Program-made: the position numbers and the translations under genes | Part shown: one piece after another, positions 61,914-64,000 of the stretch | How the letters are laid out: every line of letters starts with the position of its first letter | Numbering within the stretch: position 1 is the stretch's first letter | Source of the DNA: Octopus bimaculoides | Taxonomy: Eukaryota | Direction: 5' to 3' | NCBI RefSeq assembly: GCF_001194135.2 | Contig: NC_068983.1 | Span: 31,755,858 to 31,819,857, forward strand | DNA: 64,000 bases | The notes under the pieces: model-generated | The model's database searches: none | The model's input: only the letters and a program-made list of their open reading frames with translations | What the model was told of the DNA's origin: nothing

Positions 61914-62186
61914 GTAAGCAGGAATTTACTGATCTTGTGACTGCTTTATATTACACTTAAAATGTATTCTTTTTCTCTTTTTCATTTTTTTCCAACTATA
62001 GGAAAGGATGTACTCTTTGCCTTATTGTCTGCTGGTAGAACTAAACAAATGCTAAACACCTTTTGGAGTTGTCTTAAGAAATTGTAATGATCAAAAATGA
62101 ATATGGAGACAAAAATTTATTTAACTTGTTATTTAGCCTCAGGCCAGTTCTATAATAGAAGACATTCCAGCTTTGACATTTTTTCA

Positions 62187-62345
62187 GGTGCTGCTGTGTA
62201 GTTGAGAAGTTTGCTTCCCAACCACATGGTTTCAGGTTCTGTCTAACTGCATGGCACCCAGGGAAAATGTCTTCTACTATAGCCTTGAGCCAACCAAAAC
62301 CTTATCAGAGGATTTGGTAGACAGAAGCTGAAAGAAGCCTGTCAC
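62187..62345 (+). mobile_element. CORE-like tRNA SINE, 5' part
   Basis: Same family as 15797-16177. Confidence 0.7.
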
Positions 62346-62467
62346 ATATATATATATATATATATATATGTATAAACAGGAAATCTAATCCCTATTCTTT
62401 TATTAATTATGTTTTAAATCCCTGTTTATGTGCTTCTCTCTTCTACAGTATGTTTTGTTTCTTTTAG

Positions 62468-62545
62468 CTCCACAACTAAAAATTTCAGACGACTGTTTAA
62501 CTGTGACTGGAGACAAAGGATACAGCATGGTGAGAGCCACACATG
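62468..62545 (+). CDS. ASH2L: ASH2L exon 12, start of SPRY ([27 protein letters not shown])
   Basis: Acceptor TTTTAG|CT, donor G|GTCAGT. Matches [27 protein letters not shown]. Confidence 0.96.
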
Positions 62546-64000
62546 GTCAGTTATTGGTTTTGTTATTTTATTTATCTCTTTAGAACTGTTTATATTATTT
62601 AATTTGTATTATGTTATGATAAATATTGCTATATGTTGTGTTGTGCTGCTTGAAAGAGCATGTTGTGTATTTTGTTGCAATCTGTATGTTCTGTGCTGTG
62701 ACATTGTATCTTCTGCATTATAGTCTTCTGTTCTGTTTTGCAGTCTTGCTTGATCTGTATTAATATGTTGTGCTCTATGTCACAGTGTCAAATTTTGTGT
62801 TGCTATGTCATTTGTGCTGTCTTGCAGTTTCATGTATTTTTTGTTGTGATGTTATGTGTCCTGTGTTGTGATGTCAAATATTCTGTGTTGCAATGTTATG
62901 TGTTTTGTTTCGCCATCTCATGTTTTTTTTTTTTCTTTTGAGCTGTGATGTGGTCCTATCTGATCTGTGAAACTATGTCAAGTTTTCTAAATTATCCAGT
63001 TCATTAATGCCAATATAAGGAGCCCCTACAACTTTGCTTGACCTACTTAGTAATAGTAGCCAAATTTCCCTCAAATCACACCCTTCTCTCTTAAAAGAGA
63101 GCAGTCACGTGAGATAATATAGTCCTATATATATATATATATATGTGTGTGTCTGAAAAAGACAAGCTAGTTATTGCTGGTAAGCTCTTAATCAGGGTTG
63201 AGCCAGGGCTAAAACAACAACAAGCATGATATACTTGGAAACAAAATTCAAATGATTGTGATACAGTAATGCTGTACTTGAAAATAATATATATTTTACT
63301 ACAAGCAATTTTACAAACAAAATATTCTTGTCATTTTATGGCAGGACTGCACATCATTGCCATGAACCTGTAAAAATTAATAATACAAGCTTCCAATAAG
63401 ACAGTGCAATAAATCATCATTCTTGCATGGGTTGGACAGGTCCTTGCCAACACAGCATCTCCCTAGTTGTCATGTTCTTTTGTCATTTGTTGTATGAGAT
63501 TTAAATGCCCCAAGATCAGCTTTAACCACTTCTGCTCATGTTTTCCTTGGTCTTCCTCTTCTTCAACTTCTTTCTACATGAATATTCTAGCACTTTACCT
63601 ATCTGTTACCCACCATACATATCACATGTTCATACCAGTGTAGACTTGTACACTACTGCTGATTCCTTTTATAACTGGTCTATATTGCGACTTATCTGTA
63701 TCTCTTCATTCATGCAAACTAATATTACAGACCCAGCAGATATGTAATATTAGTTCATTTCTCTCCAACTTCCACACTACTCACTACCATGCAGCATCAC
63801 ACCCATATACAAGTAACATACAATCAACCCTTTGTTCAAAGAGCCAAACTTCTTGTTGCTTGCGAAAGTAACTGTTTCCTAAACTTTTTCTATCCTGCCT
63901 TTATTCTGGCTACAATGCTTTTAGAAGACCTTCCCCCACTGTTGATCAGCTTGCCCAACTCATTGACTACTTTTATAGAATGTTCCAAGTATTGAAAAGA

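Larger units (their letters stand above)
10736..62545 (+). other. ASH2L: ASH2L gene span (12 coding exons seen, 3'-incomplete)
   Basis: All 12 exons have GT-AG sites and consecutive intron phases match (2,1,2,2,1,0,0,0,1,2,1,1). The spliced protein shows PHD, winged helix, linker and start of SPRY, collinear with recalled human and fly ASH2L. Confidence 0.95.

Noticed and set aside
1-64000. CRISPR arrays, operons or prokaryotic defence systems
   Set aside because: This is eukaryotic intronic DNA; the recurring motifs are dispersed SINE/LINE copies, not regularly spaced repeats.
62546-64000. Next ASH2L exon (V..G.WYFE)
   Set aside because: Not found; presumed beyond the right edge of the window.

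Overview
AT-rich, intron-rich eukaryotic DNA, not prokaryotic. The repeat families and (CAT)n/(TA)n/(CA)n microsatellites suggest an octopus genome (inference); there are four N-gaps. Two genes lie head-to-head. On the minus strand is the first coding exon of an AAK1/BMP2K-type Numb-associated kinase (8823-8727; the rest lies left of the window). On the plus strand are 12 phase-consistent coding exons of ASH2L, the COMPASS/MLL H3K4-methyltransferase subunit (10736-62545; 1672 nt, 557 codons plus 1 nt; 3'-incomplete, ending at the start of the SPRY domain). The introns hold RTE, CR1 and Penelope retroelement fragments, mariner/maT remnants, several tRNA-derived SINE families, MITE/foldback elements and two related solo-LTR-like blocks. 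The best second-look items are: a tRNA-headed SINE with a minimal Penelope-type hammerhead ribozyme motif in a twin-priming-like inversion; an antisense LTR-type promoter inside ASH2L; a chain of abutting uORFs ending on the AAK1 start codon; a long acidic/polyproline ASH2L N-terminus with a canonical PHD finger; and several intronic inverted repeats that could be ADAR substrates. Identifications rest on recalled homologue sequences and hand alignment; no database searches were run.
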